Shown here piece after piece: positions 30,302 to 39,743 of a stretch of DNA of 64,000 bases. The stretch spans positions 1,696,001 to 1,760,000 of the forward strand of contig CAWJCS010000005.1 in NCBI GenBank assembly GCA_963841435.1. The letters run 5' to 3'. The notes under the pieces were generated by a model that saw only the letters and a list, made by a program, of their open reading frames with translations, made no database searches and had not been told where the DNA came from. Source of the stretch: an uncultured delta proteobacterium. Its GTDB lineage: Bacteria; Myxococcota_A; Polyangia; Polyangiales; Polyangiaceae. Each line of letters begins with the position of its first letter. Within the stretch, counting starts at the first letter, position 1. A program made the position numbers and the translations under genes.

Positions 30302-31060
30302 TCAGCGCGCCGCGGCGGCGAGCGCGTAGACCCAATCCTCGATGCACGTCTGGGCCTCCGGGCCCCAGCCGTTCGAAGTGGAGTTGCCCGGCGCGAGGGG
30401 CATGAGGTCACCGCAGCCCTCGGCGTCCCGCATTTTGAGGATCATCCAGCTTTGCTCCGGGTGCTGGCTGTCGACGAGCAGCGCACCCTTGGGGCAGGCG
30501 TCGGGCGGGGGGTCGCACGCTCGGAAGACCTCGCCCGGAGCGGCGCAGCTGATGTCTCCGAAGACGGCGCGACGGTCGACCAGGAGGCCACCCGCGCCGG
30601 GATCGGAGAGATCGAGCTCCGAGAAGTGGTCGAGCGCGTTGTGGCAGCCGGTGCGCGAGCAGTTCGCCTTCAAGCGCGTGGTGATGTCGCTATCGCCGCA
30701 GGGCACGTCGATGACCCCCCCGCCGGCACCGTTGGGGTTGCCCGAAAAGCCGCCCGCGCCGCCTCTGGCGCCGCCGCCAGTCGTCGTCCCGGCCGTCGCG
30801 CCACTACCGGTCGCCGTCCCGGCCGCGGCGCCGCTGCCGGTCGCCGTCCCGGCCGCGGCGCCGCTGCCGGCCATCGTCCCCGCCGTCCCACCCGCCCCGC
30901 CGTCGCCCTCCGCTGGTCCCAAGCCGATCAGCGACTCGCCACCACAAGCCCCGGCGGCGCCGGCGAGCAGCGCGATCTGAGCCCATGCCCGCAAGCTCAC
31001 GGTTCGCATGCCCGGTAATCCCGAGCGCCTCGCCCGATTGATCACGAAAAGAGCGCTCAT
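30302..31060 (-). CDS. Gly-rich lipoprotein with an atypical CxxxxCH putative heme motif
   Basis: Lipobox AGAC; linker with repeated GSGAAAGTAT; NCSRTGCH...LMP...IEDW resembles a cytochrome c fold; start 31060 or 31009. Confidence 0.65.
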   Translation of the reverse strand: MSALFVINRARRSGLPGMRTVSLRAWAQIALLAGAAGACGGESLIGLGPAEGDGGAGGTAGTMAGSGAAAGTATGSGAAAGTATGSGATAGTTTGGGARGGAGGFSGNPNGAGGGVIDVPCGDSDITTRLKANCSRTGCHNALDHFSELDLSDPGAGGLLVDRRAVFGDISCAAPGEVFRACDPPPDACPKGALLVDSQHPEQSWMILKMRDAEGCGDLMPLAPGNSTSNGWGPEAQTCIEDWVYALAAAAR

Positions 31061-31845
31061 CGGCCGAGCAGCGCTTTTGCTCGCGCCGACTGAGCGGTGC
31101 GCGGGAAACGGCCGAGCAAACGGCCCGCCCAGAGCCGTGCGGCCGTGGTGTCACCGAGCTTGTCGGCGGCTTCCATGCGCAGCGCGAGCACTTCCGGCAA
31201 CAGGCGTGGCTCCTCGAAGCGCTGCTCGTAGGGCGCGAGCGCCGCGAGCGCGCCGTTTGCGTCACCCCGGGCAAGGGACTGGTGCGCCCGATCGACGAGC
31301 GCGACCTCGGCGGCGAGCGGCGGCGGGGGCGGCGTCTCGTCGAGCGGGAAGGCCTTGGCGCTCGGATCCGACGCCTCGGGCTCCGTTGGCGTGGGGGCTT
31401 CGGGAGCAGCGCTCGGCGCCGTCGCCTGGGCGCGCATGGGCGCCGCAGGTGCCGAGGGCGCGAAAATTGGCGCGGCGTGGCTCGCGGGCGGCGCCTCGTC
31501 GCGCGCGGGAGAGAGACCATGGCTCACACCCCACGCAGCACCGCTCACCGCGACGCCCGCCACGGCGCCCACCGCGAGCAGCTTCACGGTCGCCGCAAGA
31601 CCGAGCGTCGAGGTTGCGGCCGTCGCGCCGGCGGCGCCGGCCGCTGCTGCTCCGGCGGATGCCGCGCTGGCCGCCGTCGCGGCCCCGACCGTACCGGCGG
31701 CAGCGAGCGTCGCCGCGCCGGCGCCGACGGCGAGCAGCGTCTTTTCCATGGCCGTTCGCGCTGGTACCTCGTCGGCGCCCGCGCGCAGGAGCGCCGTTGC
31801 GAGCGACGCTGCCGGCCCATGGAGGAGGCGTTCGGGATCGTTCAT
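31057..31845 (-). CDS. Putative membrane-anchored anti-sigma factor with a C-terminal TPR-like helical domain
   Basis: ATGA overlap with the sigma stop; short N-terminal domain, TM, Pro linker, then LAAEVALVDRAHQSLARGD...RFP helical repeats. Confidence 0.7.
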   Translation of the reverse strand: MNDPERLLHGPAASLATALLRAGADEVPARTAMEKTLLAVGAGAATLAAAGTVGAATAASAASAGAAAAGAAGATAATSTLGLAATVKLLAVGAVAGVAVSGAAWGVSHGLSPARDEAPPASHAAPIFAPSAPAAPMRAQATAPSAAPEAPTPTEPEASDPSAKAFPLDETPPPPPLAAEVALVDRAHQSLARGDANGALAALAPYEQRFEEPRLLPEVLALRMEAADKLGDTTAARLWAGRLLGRFPRTAQSARAKALLGR

Positions 31846-32447
31846 TTCGGCTCCTCGTCGATGGGGCGCGCGCGGAAGCGGCGCCGGGCCTCGTGGCGGT
31901 GGACGTGCTCGGTGAACGCCTCGCGCGCGCGTCGCAGGCGCGAGGCGACGGTCCCCGCGGGGAGAGCGGTGATGGCCGCGACCTCCGCGGCCGTCAGCTC
32001 CTCGATTTCGTAAAGTACGAACACCGCGCGGAGCTCGAGCGGAAGCTCCGCGAGGATTGTATCGAGCAGCTCGCGAGCGCGGTGCTGATCGAGGGCTGCA
32101 TCGGCGTCGATGCTCGCGTCGGCGAGCGCTTCGGGGTCCTCGAGCGGCTCGGGGCGGCGCGCCGCGGCGGCGCGCCATTTGGCAACGACGTTGAGCGCCG
32201 TGCCGTACAGGAACGCCCGCTCGCTGCCCCGCGCGATCGCGTCGATGCGACGCGCCGCAACGAGGAAGACCTGCTGCGCGGCGTCGTCGGCGTCGGTTGC
32301 CGGGAGACCGAGGCGGCGCAGCAGACGCCAGACGTAGCGAAAGTGCGCGCGGACGAGGTCCGTCACCGCTCCGGGTGCTGGCGGCTCCGACACCGTTCGG
32401 GCTGGCGCTGGTGGCACCCTGGGCTCATCCCTGCTCCTCGCCTCCAC
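31842..32447 (-). CDS. ECF RNA polymerase sigma factor
   Basis: Region 2 HFRYVWRLLRRLG..DADDAAQQVF; region 4 LRAVFVLYEIEELTAAEVA..GTVASRLRRAR. Confidence 0.93.
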   Translation of the reverse strand: MEARSRDEPRVPPAPARTVSEPPAPGAVTDLVRAHFRYVWRLLRRLGLPATDADDAAQQVFLVAARRIDAIARGSERAFLYGTALNVVAKWRAAAARRPEPLEDPEALADASIDADAALDQHRARELLDTILAELPLELRAVFVLYEIEELTAAEVAAITALPAGTVASRLRRAREAFTEHVHRHEARRRFRARPIDEEPK

Positions 32448-32449
32448 GA

Positions 32450-33598
32450 TCACGGAAAGTGAAGCAGCAGACCGACCCGGAAGCCCGTGCCGACCGTCGG
32501 GATCTCGAAAACGGTGGCCTTCGGGCGCTCGAAGACGAACGCGTGCCGCCTCAGCGGGAAAGCCAAAAACCCCTCTCCCTCGAGCTCGAACAGGCGCGTG
32601 GGGGCGACGCGCAGCCGGCCAACGGCCCGTGCGTCCGCCCAGAAAATCGTCGATTGTCCGGGGCTCGGCAGCGTCGCGCTTTCGCGACCGTGACCCTCGA
32701 GGGCGCCCAGCGTCACGGCGGCGCAGGGCTCGAGCGAGAGCAGGCCCGCGGCCGGCCACGCGAGCGGACAGGCCTCGGCGCTGCCGCCCCAGCCCCGAAA
32801 GCTCGCCGAGCGCTGGTCAACCTCGATGGTCAACCGCCAGTGCGTCACGGCGACGCGACCCGAGGCGCTCGAATCGGACCGGCCCACCCGCAGGAGCACG
32901 TCGATGCCGAGAGGCGTGCCGGGAGCAGCGTGCATCGGGCTTCCCGCGCCGAGGCCGACGGCGAACCTCCAGCGCGGCGCGACGGCCTGTCGCGGCGGGG
33001 TGGGGGCCGGGTTCGCAGGCGGTGGCGAGGGTGGCGAAGGCGGGCTCGGCTTCGGCTTCGGCCTCGGCTCCGGCGGGGGCGTGATGGCCGGTCCGCTCGG
33101 TGTCGTTTCGCGCTCGAGCTGGGCTTCGAGCGCGAGCGCCGTCACGAGCGCGATACCGGAAACGACTTCGTCGCACGTGGCGCCGGTGAGCGTCCGCGTG
33201 ATCGCCTCGCCGTGCACGTCAACGAAGTCGAGTCGGGCGAGGTACCCGACTTCGTCTTCTGCCACGGTGACGGTGACCTGGCGCGCGAGCTCACCGGGAG
33301 CGGCGGCGTGCGCGCTCGGCACGCGCGCCGTGACCCGCGCGAAATAGGCGTCCTGGTCCGGACAGCCCGGGCGCGCGGAGTAGCTCACTCGCACGGCCTC
33401 GCTCGCGGCGGGCGTCGGAGACGGTGCCGCGCTCGAGGCGGGCCCTGGCGGCGCGATGGGCGCTGCCGCGGGCAATTCGGGCTCGGCGAAGCCGAGCCGC
33501 GTCAGGGCCGTGACCCCGACTCCCAGCAGGATGCCGCGCCCGCTCAGCGCACGTCGAGTGGAGCCGGGCAACTCGACCTCAGGCGGCAGGCGCCGCAC
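32450..33598 (-). CDS. Exported protein with an N-terminal Cys-pair domain and a C-terminal beta-barrel-like region
   Basis: Signal peptide; GCPDQDAYFARV..GATCDEVVSGIALVTALAL; Pro linker; amphipathic beta strands ending GLLLHFP. Confidence 0.7.
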   Translation of the reverse strand: MRRLPPEVELPGSTRRALSGRGILLGVGVTALTRLGFAEPELPAAAPIAPPGPASSAAPSPTPAASEAVRVSYSARPGCPDQDAYFARVTARVPSAHAAAPGELARQVTVTVAEDEVGYLARLDFVDVHGEAITRTLTGATCDEVVSGIALVTALALEAQLERETTPSGPAITPPPEPRPKPKPSPPSPPSPPPANPAPTPPRQAVAPRWRFAVGLGAGSPMHAAPGTPLGIDVLLRVGRSDSSASGRVAVTHWRLTIEVDQRSASFRGWGGSAEACPLAWPAAGLLSLEPCAAVTLGALEGHGRESATLPSPGQSTIFWADARAVGRLRVAPTRLFELEGEGFLAFPLRRHAFVFERPKATVFEIPTVGTGFRVGLLLHFP

Positions 33599-34158
33599 TC
33601 GCGGCCCGACCAGATGCGGTCGAAGCGCGCCTGTGTGGCGTCGAGCAGCACGTCGTCGTCGGTGGACAAGCCAAGCTCGAAGTTGCGCCGCCCGTCGCCC
33701 TTCGCGCCGAGCCCCGCTCCCGTGAAGTTCGCGCTGCCAAGATAGAGATAGCCGCCGTCCACCACGATGAGCTTGAGGTGCACGCGCGGGCAGTGCCTGA
33801 GCTCGAAGCCCGGCGCGCGAAGGGCGCGGCGGCGCCGGAGCGACTCACGAAAGGGCCGCGACGGCAACGCACCGTGCAAAATGCGCACCTCCACGCCTCG
33901 CGCGACGAGCTCCTCGAAGCGCTCGGTCATCGACAGGTATTGCCCCCGTGCCCTCGCCCGGGTGCCGATGGGTGCTTCGACGTGCACGTCCTTGACGTTC
34001 GCCGTGGCAATCCAGACGGACACGCGGGCGTTGCCGATCGCTCGGAGGATGACCGCGTCGTAGTGCTCGCGGTCCTGGATGAGCTCGACGGCCGCCTTGC
34101 GCGCCGCTGGCCCCGGCAGCGCCGGAAGGACCGCCAGGGCGCGCGCACGGACTCCCAC
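33544..34158 (-). CDS. Single-HKD phospholipase D/nuclease family protein
   Basis: HLKLIVVD..YLGSANFT and RNFELG motifs; C-terminal CGAC..C; start approximate. Confidence 0.85.
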   Translation of the reverse strand: MGVRARALAVLPALPGPAARKAAVELIQDREHYDAVILRAIGNARVSVWIATANVKDVHVEAPIGTRARARGQYLSMTERFEELVARGVEVRILHGALPSRPFRESLRRRRALRAPGFELRHCPRVHLKLIVVDGGYLYLGSANFTGAGLGAKGDGRRNFELGLSTDDDVLLDATQARFDRIWSGRECGACRLRSSCPAPLDVR

Positions 34159-34303
34159 GTCGCGAACGATACCGACCGGCGAGCCGCCGCACCAAGTTCG
34201 TGACAGTCGGGCGGTCACCGTGGGAAGAGGGGCTGCCTGGGCGGCGTAGGTTTGCCCGGGCGACGCCGTCATGCGTCGCGCGGTCTCTAAAGTGGAGGTA
34301 CGG

Positions 34304-34996
34304 ATGGCATCGCCCGAGGTCTTTCCGGTGGTGGTGGTGATGGTGGCGTGCGCGTCGGCCTGCTCGGCGCAGCACATGCAGGTTCCGCCCGAAATCGCGT
34401 CGCGCTCCGACGTGCTCGACGTGACGGACCGGAGCTCGTGGTCGGGAGCGCTCGTCAACGAAAGCTTCGAGCTAGGCCCGTACGCGATCAGTGACGTCGA
34501 TCGCAAATGGGATTCGAGCTCGGGTTTTTCGATCGGCAGCGTGTCACACGAGACCTCGGAAGGCGGCTACGCGTACGCGCTCGAGGGCGGTGGCCCGAAG
34601 CAGGTCGGCCACTGCATGACGGGCAAACGCGACACGGGCATCGGCCTCGGCAACGGCCTCGGTCTCGAGTTTCAGTTCTCCAAGCTCGCCTGCCAGTGCG
34701 AGGCGGGTGGCAAGCAGGCAACCGTGACGGTCGAGAGCCGCGACGGCACCTACGCCGGCGCGGTGACGACCTCGGGCGGCACCTACCAGATAAAAAGCGT
34801 GCACGAGCTCGAGGGCGGCGGGAGCACGGGCAAGCCCAGCGGCTATCGCATGGACGGTGACCGCGCCGTGGGCGCCGCCGAGGTGACGCACCCGGGCAGG
34901 GTCTGGCTCGACAAAGCGCTCGAGACGAACGAGCGACGCGAGGTGGCGTGCCTGTTCGCGGGGCTCATGTTGTACAAGCCCAAAGACAGCGAGTGA
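34304..34996 (+). CDS. Hypothetical lipoprotein
   Basis: GGAGG RBS; lipobox ASAC. Confidence 0.7.
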   Translation: MASPEVFPVVVVMVACASACSAQHMQVPPEIASRSDVLDVTDRSSWSGALVNESFELGPYAISDVDRKWDSSSGFSIGSVSHETSEGGYAYALEGGGPKQVGHCMTGKRDTGIGLGNGLGLEFQFSKLACQCEAGGKQATVTVESRDGTYAGAVTTSGGTYQIKSVHELEGGGSTGKPSGYRMDGDRAVGAAEVTHPGRVWLDKALETNERREVACLFAGLMLYKPKDSE

Positions 34997-35032
34997 GTCG
35001 CTGCGCCGGCACCCCGGCGGACGGGCAGCGGG

Positions 35033-35971
35033 TCAGGGACCAATACCCTCGCGCACGTCCTTGTCGGAGGCATGCTCGAGCGCGTCGATGGCCTTCTCGA
35101 CTTCGGCGGATTCGCTCTCGGGCAGCTTGATCTCGAAGCGCACGTACAGATCGCCTTGCTGGTTCTGGCGCTTGACACCCTTGCCCTTGAGTCTCGCCAC
35201 CTGCCCGCTCTGCGCGTGCTTTGGCACGGTGAGCGTGACCGAGCCCTCGATGGTCGGCACCCTCACTTTCGCGCCTCGATAGGCCTCAGCCGCGGTCACG
35301 GGCAAGTCCAGGTAGAGGTCGAGCCCGTCGCGCTCGAAGTAGCGATGGGGCGCCACGCGGATCGTGAGCATGAGGTCGCCCGGCGCGCCGCCGAAGGGTC
35401 CCGGGGCGCCGTGGCCCGCGATGCGCACGCGATCGCCGTCGCCGGCGCCGGGCGGGACGCGCACCTTGACCTCCTCGCCGCCGTCTTGCACCCGCAACCT
35501 GAGCTCCGCGCCGCGGATGGCGGAGAGGAAATCGACGGTCACCTCGCTCGCGAGGTCGGCGCCCTTGGCGCTCGCGCCGCGCCGCCGGCCGCCGCCGCCG
35601 CCGAATAGGTCGCCCAGCATGTCGCCGATGCCGCCCGAGCCGCCGCCCCCGCCGCCGAACAGTTCCTCGATGCTCGGGCCGCCGCTGTGGCGCACCCGAC
35701 CGCCCCGTGTCGCCGAGCGGTAGGCACGCGCCGCGTTGGCGTCGAACCCCTCGCGGAGGCCGTCCTCGCCGAATTCGTCGTAGAGCTTGCGCTTCTCGGG
35801 ATCGCCGAGCACCTGGTTCGCGCGATTGACGAGCTTGAAGCGTGCTTCCGCCTTCTTGTCGCCCGCGTGCTTGTCGGGATGCAACTGGGAGGCGAGCTTG
35901 CGATACGCCTTCTTGATCTCGTCGGCGCTCGCCGTCCGAGAAACACCGAGCTCCTTGTAGTAGTCCGCCAT
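35033..35971 (-). CDS. cbpA: Class B J-domain chaperone (CbpA-like)
   Basis: [12 protein letters not shown] domain, G/F-rich region and DnaJ_C; no Zn finger. Confidence 0.88.
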   Translation of the reverse strand: MADYYKELGVSRTASADEIKKAYRKLASQLHPDKHAGDKKAEARFKLVNRANQVLGDPEKRKLYDEFGEDGLREGFDANAARAYRSATRGGRVRHSGGPSIEELFGGGGGGSGGIGDMLGDLFGGGGGRRRGASAKGADLASEVTVDFLSAIRGAELRLRVQDGGEEVKVRVPPGAGDGDRVRIAGHGAPGPFGGAPGDLMLTIRVAPHRYFERDGLDLYLDLPVTAAEAYRGAKVRVPTIEGSVTLTVPKHAQSGQVARLKGKGVKRQNQQGDLYVRFEIKLPESESAEVEKAIDALEHASDKDVREGIGP

Positions 35972-36010
35972 GCTTTGATTCCGATCAGCGTAACCACCCG
36001 AGAGCGGGTT

Positions 36011-36841
36011 TCAACGGCTTGCCACCCGGCAGGAAACCACGACCGAGTCGGTCAGGTGGTCAGCGGGAGCATCGCCGAAATCCGCGTGAAAGCCGATCTC
36101 GGAGAAGCCGTTGTAGTGGAGCAGCGCCTCGACTTCGCGCGGGAAGAGCTGGCGGTGGGTGAGTGGAATGGTCCACGGGTCGCCGTGCTCGGGGCTGAAG
36201 CGTGTCGTCACGAGCAGCAGCTGGCGGACGGGATCGTACTCGAAGCGCTCGTCGTAGCGCACGAGGTCGCCCGTGCTGGGGTGGCGGATGCGCGGCGCGC
36301 CGAACCACCTGTCGGGGTCGCGCGAGAGATCGGCCGCCGACGGCAACGAGAAGTCGAAGACGAACTGCCCGCGGGGCGCGAGGTGCTCGCGGACGCGGCT
36401 GAAGAAGTCCTCGAAGTCGTCGCGTTCGTACAGATGCAGCACGGCATTGAACGGCGCGATGACGAGCGCGAACCTTCGCCCGAGCTCGAGCGTTCGCATG
36501 TCACCGTGATGGAAGCGCACTCGCTCGCGCACCGGCCCCGGCAGCTTTTGGAGCCGCACCGCGAGGTCGTCGAGCATGGCGCGCGACAGGTCGACGCCCT
36601 CGACGTGGACACCCGCCTGAGCAATGGCGAGCGCGACGCGCCCGTTGCCCACGCCGTACTCGAGCACGGGTCCGCCCGACGCCCTCGACGTGCGCACGTA
36701 GTAGTCGACATCGTGTCGGCGATTGCCGTACGTCTTCGTGTAGTAGGCGGGGTCGGAGTAGTGCGCGAGCGCACCAGCGTCGCCGGCCCGGCCGAGGTCG
36801 CCGAGCAACGCGGGGAATGGGGCGGCCGGCGGGCGCGTCAC
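36011..36841 (-). CDS. Class I SAM-dependent methyltransferase
   Basis: VLEYGVGNGRV; GVDLSRAML; GDMR; APFNAVLHL. Confidence 0.88.
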   Translation of the reverse strand: MTRPPAAPFPALLGDLGRAGDAGALAHYSDPAYYTKTYGNRRHDVDYYVRTSRASGGPVLEYGVGNGRVALAIAQAGVHVEGVDLSRAMLDDLAVRLQKLPGPVRERVRFHHGDMRTLELGRRFALVIAPFNAVLHLYERDDFEDFFSRVREHLAPRGQFVFDFSLPSAADLSRDPDRWFGAPRIRHPSTGDLVRYDERFEYDPVRQLLLVTTRFSPEHGDPWTIPLTHRQLFPREVEALLHYNGFSEIGFHADFGDAPADHLTDSVVVSCRVASR

Positions 36842-36854
36842 GACGACGCGCCCG

Positions 36855-37094
36855 TCAGGGATGCAGCCGCGCCACTTCTTCGATGTATTCCTGGACGGCC
36901 TCGATCGAGGGGCGGTGGTACCGCACGCGGCCGGCAGCGATCTCACGCAAGCTGATCACCGGCGCCTTGTTCTTGGCGTTGACGAGCTGCGGAGCACCCT
37001 TCATGAGCGACCGGGCACGCGATGCAGCGAGCACGACGAGCGCGAAGCGGTTCTCTTCCTTTTCCAGGCAATCTTCGACGGTGACACGGGCCAT
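36855..37094 (-). CDS. rpoZ: RNA polymerase omega subunit
   Basis: [28 protein letters not shown]...SLREIAAG. Confidence 0.95.
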   Translation of the reverse strand: MARVTVEDCLEKEENRFALVVLAASRARSLMKGAPQLVNAKNKAPVISLREIAAGRVRYHRPSIEAVQEYIEEVARLHP

Positions 37095-37319
37095 TGGGGG
37101 GCCGAAAGCTAGTCCCCGGTCCCCGGTCACGCAAGCGATGGCCCGACGGGGCGGTTCTCGACCCCGGAAAGCCCACGAAACCCGGGAAATCCGGGCGGGA
37201 GCGCTGCGCACCACACCCGCCCGGCCACACTGGGCCGCCCGTGCGTCACCCCGCGGCGCGACCCGCGCGGCGGCCTCGCCGAGGCGCCGTGCCGCTCGCG
37301 GCGGCGGGCGGCATGGCGC

Positions 37320-38159
37320 GTGCTTCGTGGATCGGTCGTGCGCTGGCTGACGACCCTCGTCTTTTCTCTCGGTGGCTCCGGGTGCCTGCCGTTCGTGGTG
37401 CCGCCCGCGAAGCTGAGCGTTGGCGCGGGCCCCGCCGTGGGCAGCATCCCGCGCACCTCGGGTACGCTCGAGCCGCGGAGCGTCACGACCCTGCGCGCGG
37501 GGTTGCACCCGCTCCAGCTCGTCGAGGGCGCGTCGCGTCGAGCATTCGACCTAGGGCTCGGCTACGGCGGCGATTTCGTGTTCGGGCGCGCGCCCGAGCA
37601 CTACGACGAGCGCGCGGTGGCGCACGGCCCCTACCTCGAAGGCGCCTACTACCCGGTCCGATTGCCCGTGGGCTCGACCTCGACGTTTCGCTGGGGAGCG
37701 CGTGTGAACGCTGATCTGCTGTTCCTCGAGCCGCTCGACCTCCTGGGCTACGGCGCGATGGCGGCAACCGAAATCGAGCTTTCGGGCGATGCCAACGGCC
37801 CGTTCGCCGAGGCCGACGAGCAGGACGGGATTTTGGCGGGCGCCGCGATCGGCCAGTGGTCGATCGGCGCGTTTTTGGGCGGCGCGGTGCGAGCGTTTCC
37901 CGAGGCTCGCTACGGCGCGCTGACCGCGGGGATCAGCGTGCGGATCCCGTTCGCCTTCGGCGTGGCGTGCTGCGCCTGGTCGTGGGGGAGCGACGCGACG
38001 ACGACCGAGACCACGGAGCACTCCGAGCCTCACCATCACCACGCCGAGCCGGCGAAGTCCCCGCCCCCCGAGCGCGTCAGGGCCAAGCCGAAACGCGTCG
38101 AGGCTTCGCTGCCTCCGGAGCGCGTCAAGGCGACGCCGCGCGCCGTGGAAGATCGCTGA
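37320..38159 (+). CDS. Hypothetical lipoprotein, beta-rich, with a charged repeat tail
   Basis: GSGC lipobox-like motif; beta-strand-rich core; PPERV repeats at the C-terminus. Confidence 0.6.
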   Translation: MLRGSVVRWLTTLVFSLGGSGCLPFVVPPAKLSVGAGPAVGSIPRTSGTLEPRSVTTLRAGLHPLQLVEGASRRAFDLGLGYGGDFVFGRAPEHYDERAVAHGPYLEGAYYPVRLPVGSTSTFRWGARVNADLLFLEPLDLLGYGAMAATEIELSGDANGPFAEADEQDGILAGAAIGQWSIGAFLGGAVRAFPEARYGALTAGISVRIPFAFGVACCAWSWGSDATTTETTEHSEPHHHHAEPAKSPPPERVRAKPKRVEASLPPERVKATPRAVEDR

Positions 38160-38195
38160 CCGCCGAGGCGCGCCGCTCGTTCCGAGCGGCGCATC

Positions 38196-39020
38196 GTGAG
38201 CGCGGACACGCTTTCCGACGTGCTCCACCACGTGCGCCTGTGCGGTGCGGTGTTCTTCGACATCGATGCGAGCGCACCGTGGGTTGCCGAGACGCCGCCC
38301 GCGCGGGCGGTAGCGCCCTACATCATGCCGGGCGCCGAGCACGTCATCGAGTACCACCTCGTGGTGTCCGGCACCTGCTACGGCCGCATCGCCGGAGATT
38401 CGCAGGTCGAGCTCACGGCGGGTGATCTCATCGTCTTTCCACAGGGTGATCCACACGTGATGTCGAGCTCCGCCGGCCTGCGCGCCAAGCCCGAGATCGA
38501 GATCCACCAGCGACCGCCGGGCGCGCTCCTGCCCATCGCCTTGCAGATGAATGGCGGCGGTGAGCGAGCCCAGGTGATTTGCGGTTTTCTCGGCTGCGAC
38601 GCGCGGCCGTCGCGAGCGGCTCGGCGCTCGCGTTGCTCACCCAGCTTGCACTCGCGGAGTCGAAGGGTCGGCGTGCGGGCAGCGAGTGCACGCTTTCGCG
38701 CCTGTGAGCTCCTGTTCATCGCGGCGGTCCGGCGCTACGTTCAACCTCTTGCCGCCGGGGCAGGACGGCTGGCTCGCGGGGCTGCGCGATCCACAGGTGG
38801 GTCGGGCGCTCGCGCTCCTGCACGAGCATCCGGCACGCGACTGGAGCCTCGAAAGTCAGCGGAGCGCCTGCGGGGCACGAGCGACAGCCTTTCGGAGATC
38901 GCCGAGCGCGCAGGCTACGGCTCCGAGTCGGCCCTCAGCCGTGCGTTCAAACGTCTCGTCGGCGTGGCGCCTGCCGTTTCCGCCAGTCGCCCCCTCGCCC
39001 CGCCCTCGACGCCTGAAGCA
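38196..39020 (+). pseudogene. Degraded cupin-AraC family regulator
   Basis: Cupin N-terminus intact (DTLSDVL..FPQGDPH..CGFLGCD); GWLAGLRDPQVGRALALLH lies in another frame; first HTH missing; second HTH EIAERAGYGSESALSRAFKR present; 3' end approximate. Confidence 0.8.
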
Positions 39021-39059
39021 CCTTGCGATGGCGGCAGGGCCCGCCGATGCTTCCGCCCC

Positions 39060-39650
39060 ATGCCGGCTTCGAAAATGCGCTGTGCCTGGGCGGGCTCGGA
39101 CCCGCTCTACGTTCGCTATCACGACGAAGAGTGGGGTGTGCCCGTCGAGGACGACCGGCTGCTGTTCGAGTTTCTGGTGCTCGAGGGCGCGCAAGCGGGG
39201 CTTTCCTGGATCACGATTTTGAGAAAGCGCGCCGCCTACCGCAAGGCGTTTGCACGCTTCGACCCCAAGCGCGTCGCCCGCTTCGGCGCGAAGGACGTGA
39301 AGCGGCTGCTCGCCGATGCGGGCATCGTCCGGAACCGACTCAAGGTCGAGTCCGCCATCAAGAATGCGTCCGCCTTTCTCGAGGTCCAAGCCGAGTTCGG
39401 CACCTTCTCGGCGTACCAGTGGCGGTTCGTCGACGGGCGGCCGCTCGTCAACCGCCACCGCTCGATGAAGGAAGTCCCGGCACGGACGGCCATTTCGGAC
39501 GCGTTCAGCAAGGACCTTCGCGCGCGGGGGTTTTCCTTCGTGGGCTCGACCATCGTCTACGCCCACATGCAGGCCGTGGGCATGGTCAATGATCACGTCG
39601 TCGACTGCTTCCGGCATCGCGCGCTCGGTGGTGGGCGGCGGGCGCGCTGA
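39060..39650 (+). CDS. tag: DNA-3-methyladenine glycosylase I
   Basis: RCAWA..YHDEEWG; LEGAQAGLSW; IVRNRLK; FVGSTIVYAHMQAVGMVNDH..C. Confidence 0.96.
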   Translation: MPASKMRCAWAGSDPLYVRYHDEEWGVPVEDDRLLFEFLVLEGAQAGLSWITILRKRAAYRKAFARFDPKRVARFGAKDVKRLLADAGIVRNRLKVESAIKNASAFLEVQAEFGTFSAYQWRFVDGRPLVNRHRSMKEVPARTAISDAFSKDLRARGFSFVGSTIVYAHMQAVGMVNDHVVDCFRHRALGGGRRAR

Positions 39651-39743
39651 GCGCTCCTTGCCGGAGGGCGACGCCCCGGGGCGCTGGCCTTTGATGACTC
39701 GGTCGCCTGGTGCTAGGATCGAATTTGGAGGACGGGTTTTCGC

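Noticed and set aside
30784..30875. 30-bp tandem repeats as a separate DNA element
   Set aside because: They encode the GSGAAAGTAT linker repeats of the lipoprotein
33544..34158. DISARM or another anti-phage system based on the PLD gene
   Set aside because: No drmA/drmB, DNA methylase or helicase partners nearby
37095..37320. Structured RNA or tRNA upstream of rpoZ
   Set aside because: Only short GC-rich hairpins; no cloverleaf, T-loop or recognisable riboswitch
38196..39650. Functional Ada/AlkA-like AraC-glycosylase fusion
   Set aside because: The AraC part lacks the first HTH and has conserved segments out of frame, and there is no Ada zinc motif
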